In this document: positions 1-9,815 of the stretch, piece by piece
Layout of the letters: each line of letters opens with the position of its first letter
Position numbering within the stretch: position 1 is the stretch's first letter
Source of the DNA: Fidelibacterota bacterium
GTDB taxonomy: Bacteria > Fidelibacterota > Marinisomatia > SCGC-AAA003-L08 > GCA-2689995
Length of the DNA: 64,000 bases
Direction of reading: 5' to 3'
Assembly (NCBI GenBank): GCA_014381925.1
Contig: JACNKR010000063.1
Location: forward strand, 68,867 to 132,866
Made by a program: the position numbers and the translations under genes
The notes under the pieces: generated by a model
Databases searched by the model: none
What the model saw: only the letters and a program-made list of their open reading frames with translations
What the model was told of the DNA's origin: nothing

Positions 1-1
1 T

Positions 2-691
2 CGTGAACTACAATCTGCATTTAATAGTCCCATGGCATATATTTTTCTTTTCGTATTTGCAGTTGTAAGTGGATATTTTTTCACAAGTCCATTTTTTCTA
101 ATTGGACAATCTGATCTTCGGGGATTATTTTCAATTATACCTCTTTTATACATAATTCTAATACCTGCTATCACAATGGGGATGGTTTCTAGAGATTGGA
201 ATATTGGAACGATGGAAATAATGACAACGCTACCAATTACAGATTATGAATATATAATTGGTAAATTTTTATCCGCAATTACAATTATTGTAACCAGTTT
301 GGGGTTTACTATAATCCATGTATTTACAGTTTATCGTTTCGGAACTGAAATTGATACAGGGGCAATTCTCTGTGGGTATTTTGGGCTCATTCTTTTAGGC
401 ACTTTTTATTCCTCAATTGGGATTTTCGCAAGTAGCTTGACCGATAATCAAGTATATGCATTGCTTTCAAGTTTTGGAATTGTGTTATTGTTTTTTATGA
501 TGGATAAAGTATTGATTTTTGTTCCTTCTGCAACTCTTGCTAGTTTATTACAATACATGAGTGTAGATTTTCATTTATCAAACATTTCAAGAGGTGTATT
601 AGATACACGAAATATTATTTACTTTTTATCGATGAGCTTTTTATTTATTAATCTATCGGTAAGATCATTAGAGTCAAGAAGGTGGAGATAA
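2..691 (+). CDS. ABC-2 type transporter permease, GldF-like (5' end outside window)
   Basis: The frame of ORF 32..691 stays open back to nt 2 (RELQSAFNSP precedes the first Met). The sequence is a multi-TM hydrophobic protein typical of ABC-2 permeases. A GldG-like gene follows 4 nt downstream. Confidence 0.6.
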   Translation, partial: RELQSAFNSPMAYIFLFVFAVVSGYFFTSPFFLIGQSDLRGLFSIIPLLYIILIPAITMGMVSRDWNIGTMEIMTTLPITDYEYIIGKFLSAITIIVTSLGFTIIHVFTVYRFGTEIDTGAILCGYFGLILLGTFYSSIGIFASSLTDNQVYALLSSFGIVLLFFMMDKVLIFVPSATLASLLQYMSVDFHLSNISRGVLDTRNIIYFLSMSFLFINLSVRSLESRRWR

Positions 692-695
692 GATA

Positions 696-2222
696 ATGAA
701 AGTAGAAAATAAAAATAATTTTGCGATTTATCTTGGTGTATTAATAGTAGCCATATTTCTTTTGAACTACATTTCAAGAAGTTATTATGGTCGGTTTGAT
801 TTAACAGATACTCAAATGTTTACAATTTCAGAATCGAGTAAAACAGTTTTAGAAAATATTGATGATTTATTAATTATGAGAGCATATTTTTCTGAAGACC
901 TGGGAAGTGAACTTGGAAATAATAAGCGGTATCTTCAAGATTTACTAGAAGAATATCGTGCCGTAAATAATGAATATATTGATTTTGAATTTTTCACTTC
1001 AGATGATTCTGAAGAGTTTAAAACAGAAGCCCAAAAATCAGGAATTCATCCTGTTCAATTAAATGTGATTGAAAATGACAAAATGGAAATAAAACAAGTT
1101 TTCATGGGTATGGTCATTATGTACGGAGATAAAAAAGAAAGTATCCCTGTTATTCAAACAACAACAGGTCTTGAGTATACAATTACATCGGCAATTAAAA
1201 AACTGATTAATGTTAATAAAGAAACAGTTGGCTTGGCTTCTTTGGGTGCTCCAAACCCTCAGTCAAAAAATCAAAGCATTTCTGAATTATTAAGGCAAAC
1301 CTATGATATAATGCCTGTGAATCTAGATGCGCCGGTACCACAAAATATAAGTGTTTTAATTTTAAGTGATGTAGCCGATTCATTAACAAACAGCCAATAT
1401 TCTAATTTAGATAACTATTTAGCAATGGGAGGAAGTTTGTTCTTGGCGCAAAATAGAATAAAAACAGATATTCAAGCTCAGTCAGCTCAACCAATTCCTT
1501 CAAATTTATTTACACTGTTAGAAAACTATGGTGTATCAATTAATGAAAACCTGGTCCTTGATAAAAACTGCGGTCAAGTTACAATTAGCCAAAACCAAGG
1601 ATTTTTTAGAATGAATTCAGCTAAGGATTATCCTTTTTTCCCAAAAATTACTAATTTTTCAGAAGAACAAATTGTTGTTAGTGGGTTAGAAATGATTCAA
1701 GTTTTATTTCCAAGCGAAGTAAATGCTTATGTTGATACATTAGGGTTTGGTATTGGGTCATTTACACCATTATTTATCACTTCCTCACAATCAACTACAA
1801 TGGAAGAGTTTTTTAATTTGACACCTATTGACAATCCATCATTTAGGAGCTTAAACGAGGGTTCATTTAATGTCGCCGCATTAGCTACTTATCAAAATAA
1901 TGAATCAGGATTAGAAAGTAAAATTATTATAGTTGCAGATTCTCGGTTTATTTCTGACGACGGTGGTGGGAGGATGCCCGAAAATTTAACTTTTGCATTA
2001 AATTCTGTTGATTATATGGTTGGTGATAGTGATTTAATTGCATTGCGTTCGAGAGAAATTACAACTCGTCCTTTAAATGCAGACGCTCAAGATGTGGGAG
2101 TTAAGTCTTTTTGGAAAAAATTAAATTATTTTCTTCCTGCATTATTAATTTTATTATTTGCATTCTTTAAATCAAGGTCAGAAAAAGCAAGAACACATAA
2201 ATTGGAGTATATGTATGAATAA
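696..2222 (+). CDS. GldG-like ABC transporter auxiliary protein (ABC_transp_aux type)
   Basis: 508 aa with an N-terminal TM, a large soluble domain and a C-terminal TM (FLPALLILLFAFF). An SD-like GGTGGAG lies upstream. It is adjacent to the ABC-2 permease, as in gldF-gldG pairs. Confidence 0.6.
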   Translation: MKVENKNNFAIYLGVLIVAIFLLNYISRSYYGRFDLTDTQMFTISESSKTVLENIDDLLIMRAYFSEDLGSELGNNKRYLQDLLEEYRAVNNEYIDFEFFTSDDSEEFKTEAQKSGIHPVQLNVIENDKMEIKQVFMGMVIMYGDKKESIPVIQTTTGLEYTITSAIKKLINVNKETVGLASLGAPNPQSKNQSISELLRQTYDIMPVNLDAPVPQNISVLILSDVADSLTNSQYSNLDNYLAMGGSLFLAQNRIKTDIQAQSAQPIPSNLFTLLENYGVSINENLVLDKNCGQVTISQNQGFFRMNSAKDYPFFPKITNFSEEQIVVSGLEMIQVLFPSEVNAYVDTLGFGIGSFTPLFITSSQSTTMEEFFNLTPIDNPSFRSLNEGSFNVAALATYQNNESGLESKIIIVADSRFISDDGGGRMPENLTFALNSVDYMVGDSDLIALRSREITTRPLNADAQDVGVKSFWKKLNYFLPALLILLFAFFKSRSEKARTHKLEYMYE

Positions 2223-2802
2223 TCCCTTAAAAAATGTAGTAATAATAGCTGTTATTTTGGTTGGATTATATTTTTTAACGAATTATAATCAAAATGCCAA
2301 TTTAACAAAACAGGATGTTATTTTTTCCGGTAATAAATCTGATATTATAAAAGTATTAATTCAGTCTGGTGAAAGTGCAATCCAATTAGAAAAGCAAGAT
2401 TCTATATGGAGTATTGCAGGAATAGATACACTGGTTATTCGACAAAACCGAATAGACGATTTATTTGATAAAGTATTAGAAGTTAAACGAACAACCATTC
2501 GATCTAAAAAAGAATCTAATTGGATAAACTATTCCGTAGATGACTCTACGGGAACTCACCTTATTTTATTAGATGAGTCAGATAATACAATTGGTTATTT
2601 TGTATTTGGTAGATCAAAATCTGACTGGGCACATAATTTTGTTCGATTAAGAAATAAAAATGAAAACAAGGATGTATTAAAAAATGTATATGAAACAAGT
2701 GAAAGCGTAATTCACCATTTAAATACATCTGAAACATATTGGGGAGAAAAACCCAAAGAACCAGAATTAATCTCAACCGAAGTAGATTCTCTCGGTGTTT
2801 AA
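2215..2802 (+). CDS. hypothetical membrane-anchored protein (possibly DUF4340-like, by position after the gldFG-type pair)
   Basis: The track ORF starts at 2158, inside the upstream gene. ATG 2215 gives MNNPLKNVVIIAVILVGLYF, an N-terminal anchor, with an 8-nt overlap onto the upstream stop. I could not recognise the family with certainty. Confidence 0.4.
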   Translation: MNNPLKNVVIIAVILVGLYFLTNYNQNANLTKQDVIFSGNKSDIIKVLIQSGESAIQLEKQDSIWSIAGIDTLVIRQNRIDDLFDKVLEVKRTTIRSKKESNWINYSVDDSTGTHLILLDESDNTIGYFVFGRSKSDWAHNFVRLRNKNENKDVLKNVYETSESVIHHLNTSETYWGEKPKEPELISTEVDSLGV

Positions 2803-2823
2803 TTGAAATAATTTGGAGTAATT

Positions 2824-3534
2824 TTGAAAATATTAATTCCGCCAAGCGAAGGTAAGGCAAATATTAAAAAGCCAATGGATATTAAATTTGGCGATACCAA
2901 TTTTGAATATATAGATGATGTTAAAATGGTAATTCGATTATTAAGCTTAATTGGAAATAATGAGATTAGGTCTATCTATGGAACTTCTCAAGAAAAAGCT
3001 GAAATTTTTCATCGTCAAAACCAAGATGCACTTAATAGTCGTGTTTGCCATGCAATTGATCGCTACACAGGCGTTGTATATGATCATATAGATTGGGCAA
3101 CACTACCAGAACATGCCCGCAACTATATGGATGAACATATTCGTATTTTTTCTGGATTATTTGGACTTGTTACTCCCAAAACGCTTATTCCAAATTATAA
3201 ACTTAAAATGAATGTACATTCTATTCAATATTTTTGGAAACCCCGATTAACTGAAATATTAAAAAAAGAAGATCTCGTAATTGATTTACTTCCACAGGTG
3301 CACCGAAAATCATATATTAAAAAAGATGTAAATGTGGTTGAGGTTGAATTTTTGATTCTGAATAAAAAATTAGGTAAAAAAGTTACTGCAGGTCATTATG
3401 GAAAAGCTGTAAAAGGTGAATTTATTCGTTTTATTGCACTAAATAAAATTAATACTATTGATGCTTTTTCAGGGTTTTCCTATGAAGGCTTTGAATGGGA
3501 CGGTGAATCATTCCTAAAAGAGGTTGATGAATAA
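2824..3534 (+). CDS. yaaA: YaaA-family (UPF0246/DUF328) peroxide stress protein
   Basis: 236 aa with a TTG start. The N-terminus MKILIPPSEGK and the DRYTGVVY motif are typical of the YaaA family. Confidence 0.6.
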   Translation: MKILIPPSEGKANIKKPMDIKFGDTNFEYIDDVKMVIRLLSLIGNNEIRSIYGTSQEKAEIFHRQNQDALNSRVCHAIDRYTGVVYDHIDWATLPEHARNYMDEHIRIFSGLFGLVTPKTLIPNYKLKMNVHSIQYFWKPRLTEILKKEDLVIDLLPQVHRKSYIKKDVNVVEVEFLILNKKLGKKVTAGHYGKAVKGEFIRFIALNKINTIDAFSGFSYEGFEWDGESFLKEVDE

Positions 3535-3599
3535 ACTTTCCTTTTATTCTATTCAGCTATATTGATGTAAATTATCAATAGTAGTAATACAAATTTAAT

Positions 3600-3677
3600 G
3601 GTGGCTGTAGTTCAGCTGGTTAGAGCACCGGATTGTGATTCCGGTTGTCGTGGGTTCGAATCCCATCAGCCACCCCA
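3600..3677 (+). tRNA. tRNA-His (anticodon GTG), with encoded G-1 and 3' CCA
   Basis: I folded the cloverleaf by hand. The acceptor is GUGGCUG/CAGCCAC with an extra G-1 pairing C73. The D stem is GUUC/GAGC, the anticodon stem CCGGA/UCCGG with loop UUGUGAU, and the T arm GUGGG-UUCGAAU-CCCAU. CCA is encoded. Confidence 0.95.
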
Positions 3678-3705
3678 AGCCTCTTCTGTTGAAGGGGCTT
3701 TTTAT
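3678..3705 (+). terminator. rho-independent terminator after tRNA-His
   Basis: AGCCTCTTC-TGTT-GAAGGGGCT forms a 9-bp stem with one G-U pair. It is followed by TTTTATTTAT. Confidence 0.7.
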
Positions 3706-3737
3706 TTATCATTTAAAACGAACAAAAGATAATTTTT

Positions 3738-4841
3738 ATGAATTTACTTCAAAATATTAAACCAACATTATTAATGGGTCCAGGCCCTTCTTCGGTATCT
3801 CCACGCGTTTATGAAGCACTTAAAACGCCAACCATTGGGCATTTAGACCCTCGGTTTATTGACGTTATGGATGGAATTAAGTCTATGTTAAAAACTCTAT
3901 TCCTAACTGAAAATGAATTTTGTACAGCTGTTTCTGGAACTGGCTCGGCAGCAATGGAGTCTTGTTTTGTTAATCTTATAAACCCTGGTGATAAAGTTCT
4001 CATTGTTCAAAATGGTTATTTTAGCATGAGAATGGAAAATATGTGCTCTAGGCTTGGTGCAAATATTGATGTTTTAAAGTTTGACTGGGGGTTTCCAGCA
4101 GATCCTAAAATTGTTGGTGAAAAAATAAATGAAAACAATTATGATATTGTAGCTGTTGTTCATGCAGAAACTTCTACGGGAGTCAGAAATCCAATAGAAG
4201 AAATTTCTAAATTTATTTCAAATGATACCTTGTATATCGTTGATGCTGTAACAAGTTTTGGTACAATAGAGTTAAATGTTGATAAATGGAACATTGATGC
4301 TGTATATAGTTGTTCTCAAAAAGGGCTTTCATGTCCTCCTGGAGCTTCACCTGTTTCATTTTCAAATAAAGCAATTCAGAAAATGAAGTCAAGAAAAAAA
4401 CAAATCCCAAATTGGTATTTAGATATGACTGAATTAATTAAATATTGGGATGGGGAAAAAAGAGCCTATCATCATACCGCTCCTATAAATATGATGTATG
4501 CACTTTATCAAGGTCTTTCAGACGTTACTACTGAAGGAATTGAAAGCACAATAACTCGACACCAAGAAGTTCATTTATATTTAGTAGATGGATTAAAAAA
4601 ATTAGGGCTTGAGTTTTTAGTTGAGAAAAAGTATCGTCTTCCATCTCTAAATTCGGTTTTAATTCCAAAAGGGGTAGATGATGCAAAAATTAGAACCTCA
4701 CTTTTAAATGAATATCAAATAGAAATTGGGGCCGGCTTAGGGCCGTTTGCTGGAAAAATTTGGCGAATTGGCCTAATGGGTTATTCTGCACACAAAGACA
4801 ATGTAGATAGGCTGTTAAGTGCTTTAAGTGAAGTTTTATAG
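3738..4841 (+). CDS. class V aminotransferase (alanine-glyoxylate / serine-pyruvate aminotransferase family)
   Basis: 367 aa. It has the LLMGPGPS N-terminal motif and a SCSQKGL PLP-lysine motif. Confidence 0.8.
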   Translation: MNLLQNIKPTLLMGPGPSSVSPRVYEALKTPTIGHLDPRFIDVMDGIKSMLKTLFLTENEFCTAVSGTGSAAMESCFVNLINPGDKVLIVQNGYFSMRMENMCSRLGANIDVLKFDWGFPADPKIVGEKINENNYDIVAVVHAETSTGVRNPIEEISKFISNDTLYIVDAVTSFGTIELNVDKWNIDAVYSCSQKGLSCPPGASPVSFSNKAIQKMKSRKKQIPNWYLDMTELIKYWDGEKRAYHHTAPINMMYALYQGLSDVTTEGIESTITRHQEVHLYLVDGLKKLGLEFLVEKKYRLPSLNSVLIPKGVDDAKIRTSLLNEYQIEIGAGLGPFAGKIWRIGLMGYSAHKDNVDRLLSALSEVL

Positions 4842-4867
4842 TAGTGGTATTATAAAAATTAATTAAT

Positions 4868-5095
4868 TTGAAGCTAATTTTTTTAACCCTGGTGATTATT
4901 TTTTTATTTGGCTGTGATAAGGCTGAAAAAGTTAGAAAAGAACAAATAATTAAAATTAACCCAACCACAATAGAGCATTCTCCTCCTGCTCAAAAATTAA
5001 TTATTTCAGCACACTATCTCGCAATTGGTTATTTTGATGATAAAAATAATCTCAAAAAAATAGATCGATTTTTAAATGGAAAACTATTGAAATAG
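4868..5095 (+). CDS. hypothetical small lipoprotein
   Basis: 75 aa with a TTG start and a lipobox-like LFGC. I recognise no homology. Confidence 0.3.
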   Translation: MKLIFLTLVIIFLFGCDKAEKVRKEQIIKINPTTIEHSPPAQKLIISAHYLAIGYFDDKNNLKKIDRFLNGKLLK

Positions 5096-5097
5096 GT

Positions 5098-5523
5098 TTA
5101 TTCATTTTCTCCAAAAATTGTAACAATCAGCTTTCTGTTTCCACCATGATTACGATGCTCACAAAGATATATCCCTTGCCATGTTCCTAAGTTTAATTTT
5201 CCATTTGTAATTGGAATTTGAATACTTGACCCTAAAATACTTGCCTTTAAATGTGCTGGCATATCATCAGATCCTTCAAATGTATGTTGATAATAGGTTT
5301 GATTTTCAGGTACCATTTTATTAAAATGAGATTCAAAATCTAACCGTACCGTTGAATCTGCATCTTCATTAATTGTTAATGAAGCGGATGTGTGTTTAAT
5401 GAATACATTGATTAATCCAGTTTTTATGGATTTAATTTCTGGAATTTCTATTAAAATATCATCTGTAATTAAATGAAACCCTCTTGGTTTTGCTAAAATG
5501 TGAAACTCTTTTTGAATCCACAT
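5098..5523 (-). CDS. YjbQ-family (UPF0047) secondary thiamine-phosphate synthase-like protein
   Basis: 141 aa. The overall pattern (HTSASLTINE, DDMPAHLK) is typical of YjbQ. Confidence 0.75.
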   Translation of the reverse strand: MWIQKEFHILAKPRGFHLITDDILIEIPEIKSIKTGLINVFIKHTSASLTINEDADSTVRLDFESHFNKMVPENQTYYQHTFEGSDDMPAHLKASILGSSIQIPITNGKLNLGTWQGIYLCEHRNHGGNRKLIVTIFGENE

Positions 5524-6341
5524 TAAGTTCTATTTCCTCCTTTTGACTCGAAGGCTCGCTTCCTACATAGCTCTGGAACTCCAAACCATTTAATTATAAC
5601 ATCGCTTACTCTTGGGAAAATTTGACCAATTGCCAAAAGAGGGCGAATAGGACCGCTATTTACAATAATTTCTTTTTTACCTTTTGTAATTGCATCAATT
5701 ACCGCTTTCCCAACTAATTGAGGTGCAGATTCTCCTAATAAAGCCGGCGGGGCATAGCCTCCATCTTTAAACATTCCAGTATCGGCAATATAGCCTGGGC
5801 AAATAGCTGTCACTCCAACTTCAAACTCTTTTAATTCTTGATCTAGTGCATCGCTCCATAAAATTAACCCTGCTTTGGTTGATGAATATATTCCATTATA
5901 TATCACTCCTTTTTTTCCTGCAAGAGATGCAATATTAACTATATTTCCTTTGTTGGCTTTTATTTTAGGAATTAATAACCGTGTTAATTCCATTGGACCA
6001 AGTAAATTAACATTCACAATTTTTTGAATATCATCTAATTTATAGTCTTCAAAGCTCCTATAAATTTCTATTCCTGCATTATTAATCAAATAATCAATTT
6101 CTTTATCCATTAATTGATTTGTTAAATTATATAATTTTGAAGTTTCCGACAAATCAAATTGAAGATATTCAAAGTTGCCTAAATTGCTTTTTACTATTTC
6201 TTTTGTATTCTCTAACCCCTCTTTATTCCGCGCAACTCCTATTACATTTATACCTTTTTCTGTAAGCGAATTTATAATATGTACACCAATTCCCCTAGAT
6301 GCACCTGTAACTAATGCAATTTTTCCATTTAAGTTTTTCAT
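5523..6341 (-). CDS. short-chain dehydrogenase/reductase (SDR) family oxidoreductase
   Basis: It carries TGASRGIG (Rossmann TGxxxGxG), NNAG and YSSTK catalytic motifs. Confidence 0.85.
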   Translation of the reverse strand: MKNLNGKIALVTGASRGIGVHIINSLTEKGINVIGVARNKEGLENTKEIVKSNLGNFEYLQFDLSETSKLYNLTNQLMDKEIDYLINNAGIEIYRSFEDYKLDDIQKIVNVNLLGPMELTRLLIPKIKANKGNIVNIASLAGKKGVIYNGIYSSTKAGLILWSDALDQELKEFEVGVTAICPGYIADTGMFKDGGYAPPALLGESAPQLVGKAVIDAITKGKKEIIVNSGPIRPLLAIGQIFPRVSDVIIKWFGVPELCRKRAFESKGGNRT

Positions 6342-6395
6342 AATGCTCTCTTTTAGCTGTAAAATTAAAGCCGAAATTTAACTGGAATTATCGTT

Positions 6396-6980
6396 ATGAC
6401 AAAACACCGACAAACAGTTGCGGTAAATGAATTTGTATTAAGACAAGTTGAAGGGTCTGGAAAAACATTCAGCCTCGATTTAACTTTTCAAGAAATTGCT
6501 GAATATGCGGAAAGCCAACTCTATAATAATCCTGACTCAATTATTGATGGATATAGAGATGGGGTAATTCTTATAAAATGTGAACCCTTAATGAATAAAC
6601 ATTTCTATTCACCCTTGGTAAAAATAGATGAACATACTGTTTTAGAGGCCATAATGACAAAAAGAAGAGAGCAAGAAAAACCATATATTCAAATTAGAGC
6701 ATTGTCTGGGAATTTATTACCGACTGGACGAGTAGATTTAATTTTATACCACCATGATGTTTTGGCAGAAACAAATGAACAGTCAACAAATGCAGATTGG
6801 GAATTAATTTCAATCCAAGCTGTACCCTTAGGAATTAAAAAATTACCAATGGGACCCATAACAATGATGCGAAATCAGCTTGAATTACCAGGAGGTACTT
6901 CTGCAAATTACTCTTCCAATGAATGGGCGGAATCAATTAATTTTTGGCAACAGTATGCTTTTTTAAAACCAACTAAATAA
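6396..6980 (+). CDS. conserved hypothetical protein
   Basis: A 194-aa ORF with non-biased composition. I cannot name the family with confidence. Confidence 0.5.
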   Translation: MTKHRQTVAVNEFVLRQVEGSGKTFSLDLTFQEIAEYAESQLYNNPDSIIDGYRDGVILIKCEPLMNKHFYSPLVKIDEHTVLEAIMTKRREQEKPYIQIRALSGNLLPTGRVDLILYHHDVLAETNEQSTNADWELISIQAVPLGIKKLPMGPITMMRNQLELPGGTSANYSSNEWAESINFWQQYAFLKPTK

Positions 6981-6988
6981 AGGAAATT

Positions 6989-7771
6989 ATGTTTTCATTT
7001 GAACATTTTATAACACTCGGATTTCTAATTCTATTACAAGCTGTTTTAGGATTTGATAATTTACTATATATTTCATTAGAGTCTAAACGAGCTCCTGCCT
7101 CTGAACAGGCAAAAGTTAGAAAGTTAGGAATTGGAATTGCTGTTATTTTACGGATCGTGCTCCTTTTTGTTTTAACTCAAATAATTGGATATTTTCAAAA
7201 TCCTTTATTTGGAATAAATATTGGACATATTATTAGTTGTGAATTTAACCTGCATAGTTTAATTGTATTGTTTGGTGGCGGGTTTATACTCTATACTGCC
7301 ATAAAAGAAATTTTCCACATGTTATTGTTAGATGAAAATGAAACAGCTGAGGGTGGCGGATCTTCAGCAAATAAAATTATTTTATTAATTGTGGCAATGA
7401 ACCTTGTTTTTTCTTTTGATTCAATTTTAAGTGCAATGGCATTAACGGATAACTTTTGGATTATGGCAATAGCAATAATTATCAGCGGAATATTAATGAT
7501 TCAACTTGCAGAAACCGTTTCTTCTTTTCTTCAAAAAAACAGAATATTTGAAGTTCTTGGGCTATTTGTATTATTTATTGTTGGGATAATGTTACTTACT
7601 GAAGGTGGTCACATGGCACATCTCCATTTATTTGGACACGAAATTACCGCAATGAGTAAAGCAACTTTTTATTTTGTAATTTCCATCTTGGTTTTAACAG
7701 ATTTAGTTCAAACAAAATATCAAAAAAATCTACTAAAACAAAAACAGCTTCGAGAAAAAGGGGGAATTTAA
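6989..7771 (+). CDS. TerC-family integral membrane protein
   Basis: 260 aa and multi-TM. The motifs LGFDNLLYISL and FSFDSILSA are TerC-like repeated DN/DS motifs. Confidence 0.7.
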   Translation: MFSFEHFITLGFLILLQAVLGFDNLLYISLESKRAPASEQAKVRKLGIGIAVILRIVLLFVLTQIIGYFQNPLFGINIGHIISCEFNLHSLIVLFGGGFILYTAIKEIFHMLLLDENETAEGGGSSANKIILLIVAMNLVFSFDSILSAMALTDNFWIMAIAIIISGILMIQLAETVSSFLQKNRIFEVLGLFVLFIVGIMLLTEGGHMAHLHLFGHEITAMSKATFYFVISILVLTDLVQTKYQKNLLKQKQLREKGGI

Positions 7772-8202
7772 TGAGTGTATATTATAAACCAAATGGCTAT
7801 CATGATGTCAGTTCATATATTGTTGTAAAAAATGCAAATGATACAATTAAATTTGCAGAAAATGTGTTTAATGCTATTATTGTTGAAAAAATGGAAGATA
7901 ATGGTGAAATTATGCACGCTGAATTCCAAATTGGCGATACGATCATAATGATTGGTAACGGTAAAAACGGTAGTAAGCTGTTTCCTGCAATGCTATATGT
8001 ATATGTTGAAAATGTAGATAAAACATATAAAAAAGCAATGGACTCAGGTGCAATTTCAATTATGGAACCTCAAAATCAGTTTTATGGAGATAGAAATGCG
8101 GCAGTTGAAGATTCTTGCGGTAATCAATGGTGGATTGCCACACACCGTGAAAATTTATCATCAAAAGAATTAGAAGAACGATTAGAGAAGATTATTCACT
8201 AA
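7771..8202 (+). CDS. VOC/glyoxalase-family protein (PhnB-like)
   Basis: 143 aa. The C-terminal FYGDRNAAVEDSCGNQWWIATH is typical of PhnB-like VOC proteins. Confidence 0.7.
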   Translation: MSVYYKPNGYHDVSSYIVVKNANDTIKFAENVFNAIIVEKMEDNGEIMHAEFQIGDTIIMIGNGKNGSKLFPAMLYVYVENVDKTYKKAMDSGAISIMEPQNQFYGDRNAAVEDSCGNQWWIATHRENLSSKELEERLEKIIH

Positions 8203-8209
8203 AGTTTTT

Positions 8210-9025
8210 ATGTTAATAAAAACTATTTTAAAATCTATTTCATATCGGGTTGATTCTCAAAAACCCACTGAAGAGTTTCCTTTTAATTTACCTATTTTGA
8301 AAAACCTAAAAACCATTGAATTAAATTCACCTGTTACATTTTTAGTGGGAGAAAATGGGTCTGGGAAATCAACATTTATAGAAGCTTTGGCATGTACTAT
8401 CGGTTCAATTGTTGTTGGGAGTGATGCCATACAAAATGATAAAACCTTAAACGATGTTCGTAAGTTATCAGAATGCTTTTATTTATCTTGGTCAAAAAAA
8501 ACAAAAAATGGATTTTTTCTACGTGCAGAAGATTTTTTTGGCTACACAAAAAAACTCTCTTTATTAAAAGCACAAATTAAAGAAGATATTGTTACTGTAG
8601 ATAAAAAATATAAAAACCGGTCTGAATACGCAAAAGGTTTGGCTAAAATGCCACATGCAAATGAGTTAAATGCAATAGAAAATAGTTATGAGCGAGGTCT
8701 TGAAACCTATTCTCATGGAGAAAGTTTTTTAGAATTATTTCAATCTCGAATAAAGCCGAAAGGGTTATATTTATTAGATGAACCTGAAGCACCTCTTTCT
8801 CCTTTTAGACAGCTTGGATTTCTTTCATTATTAAAAAAAATGGTTTCAAAGGGTTCACAATTTATTATTGCAACTCATTCTCCAATTATTATGGCATTTC
8901 CTAATGCTGAAATTTTAACTTTTGATACACCTCCAATTCAAAGGGTAAAATATAATGAATTAGAACATGTTGCTTTAACTAAATCTTTTTTACAAAACCC
9001 TGAAGTATATTTGGAAAAACTATAA
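8210..9025 (+). CDS. AAA/ABC-like ATPase
   Basis: It has Walker A GENGSGKST, Walker B LLDEPEAPLSP and ATHSP motifs. Confidence 0.7.
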   Translation: MLIKTILKSISYRVDSQKPTEEFPFNLPILKNLKTIELNSPVTFLVGENGSGKSTFIEALACTIGSIVVGSDAIQNDKTLNDVRKLSECFYLSWSKKTKNGFFLRAEDFFGYTKKLSLLKAQIKEDIVTVDKKYKNRSEYAKGLAKMPHANELNAIENSYERGLETYSHGESFLELFQSRIKPKGLYLLDEPEAPLSPFRQLGFLSLLKKMVSKGSQFIIATHSPIIMAFPNAEILTFDTPPIQRVKYNELEHVALTKSFLQNPEVYLEKL

Positions 9026-9776
9026 TTAAACTAAACTTTCAATAATCAATTTTAATGCAATTACACTTAGGGTGAATTTAAATAATTTGTTAAATAATAC
9101 TTCTGGAATAAAATTTAAAACTTTTTTACCTAGGAGCGTTCCTGCAAACACGGAAAAAATGACAGGTATAAAAATATTAAATTCATTTAAGTAATTAACT
9201 TTAAAAAAGTAAATAAATAATGGAATTTTTGTTAAATGTATTATCGTTTGACAAAAAGCCTTATTTGCAATTATTTCCTTTTTTGATAAATTGTTGTTTA
9301 AAAAAAGGTGCGATTAACGGCCCTGTTGCCCCAATAAAAATTGAACTAATTCCGCCGATTATACCTACAAATGAAAATGATACTCCGTTATTTAATTTAA
9401 TTGATTTATTAAAAAATAAATACCATAAAATAAATAGACCTATTAATGGTTTTAAATATTCAACTTTAATTTTATTTGCAGTTTCAACATGGAAAAGCTG
9501 TATTAATAAAAAAATTATTAAAATAGAAATCATTACGCCAATAACTGCTCCTATTGAAAATAATTGAATAATTTGTTTGTTTATATTTTTTCTAAAAACA
9601 TAAAGTCTAATGGTATTGCTAAATAATTGAATTATACCGTGTAATGCAATAGCCATATATCCTTCTGGAATTAATAAAGCCATAATACCCAATAATATTA
9701 TTCCACCACCCATGCCAAGAACTGCAGATATTGTAGAGGTCAAAAAGGAAACTACTATTAAAATTAATATTTCCAT
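9026..9776 (-). pseudogene. TauE/SafE-family sulfite exporter/anion permease, interrupted by a 1-nt frameshift
   Basis: Track ORF 9261..9776 ends ...FIKKGNNCK*. The +1 frame continues KKEIIANKAFCQTIIHLTKIPLFIYFF...FAGTLLGKKVLNFIPEVLFNKLFKFTLSVIALKLIIESLV* to a stop at 9026..9028. The total of 751 nt is 3n+1. The frame switch falls at the A6G2 run (plus-strand CC TTTTTT, 9277..9284). Confidence 0.75.
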
Positions 9777-9815
9777 ACTATAATTTAAATTGTACCGGGA
9801 GTTTTGTTGAATAAA

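Noticed and set aside
2158-2214. Upstream track starts for three genes: 2158 for the post-gldG gene, 33069 for msrB and 55803 for the CcmH-like gene.
   Set aside because: The extensions lie inside the preceding genes. Downstream ATGs (2215, 33135, 55776) give proper N-terminal anchors or conserved N-termini and short start/stop overlaps.
3600-3677. tRNA-His as an integration site for a genomic island.
   Set aside because: I saw no integrase, no direct repeat of the tRNA 3' end, and no compositional break nearby. The flanking genes are ordinary metabolic genes.
9220-9567. A 115-aa plus-strand ORF in the TauE region.
   Set aside because: It is antisense to the TauE/SafE coding sequence, whose two frames together reconstruct a full-length permease.
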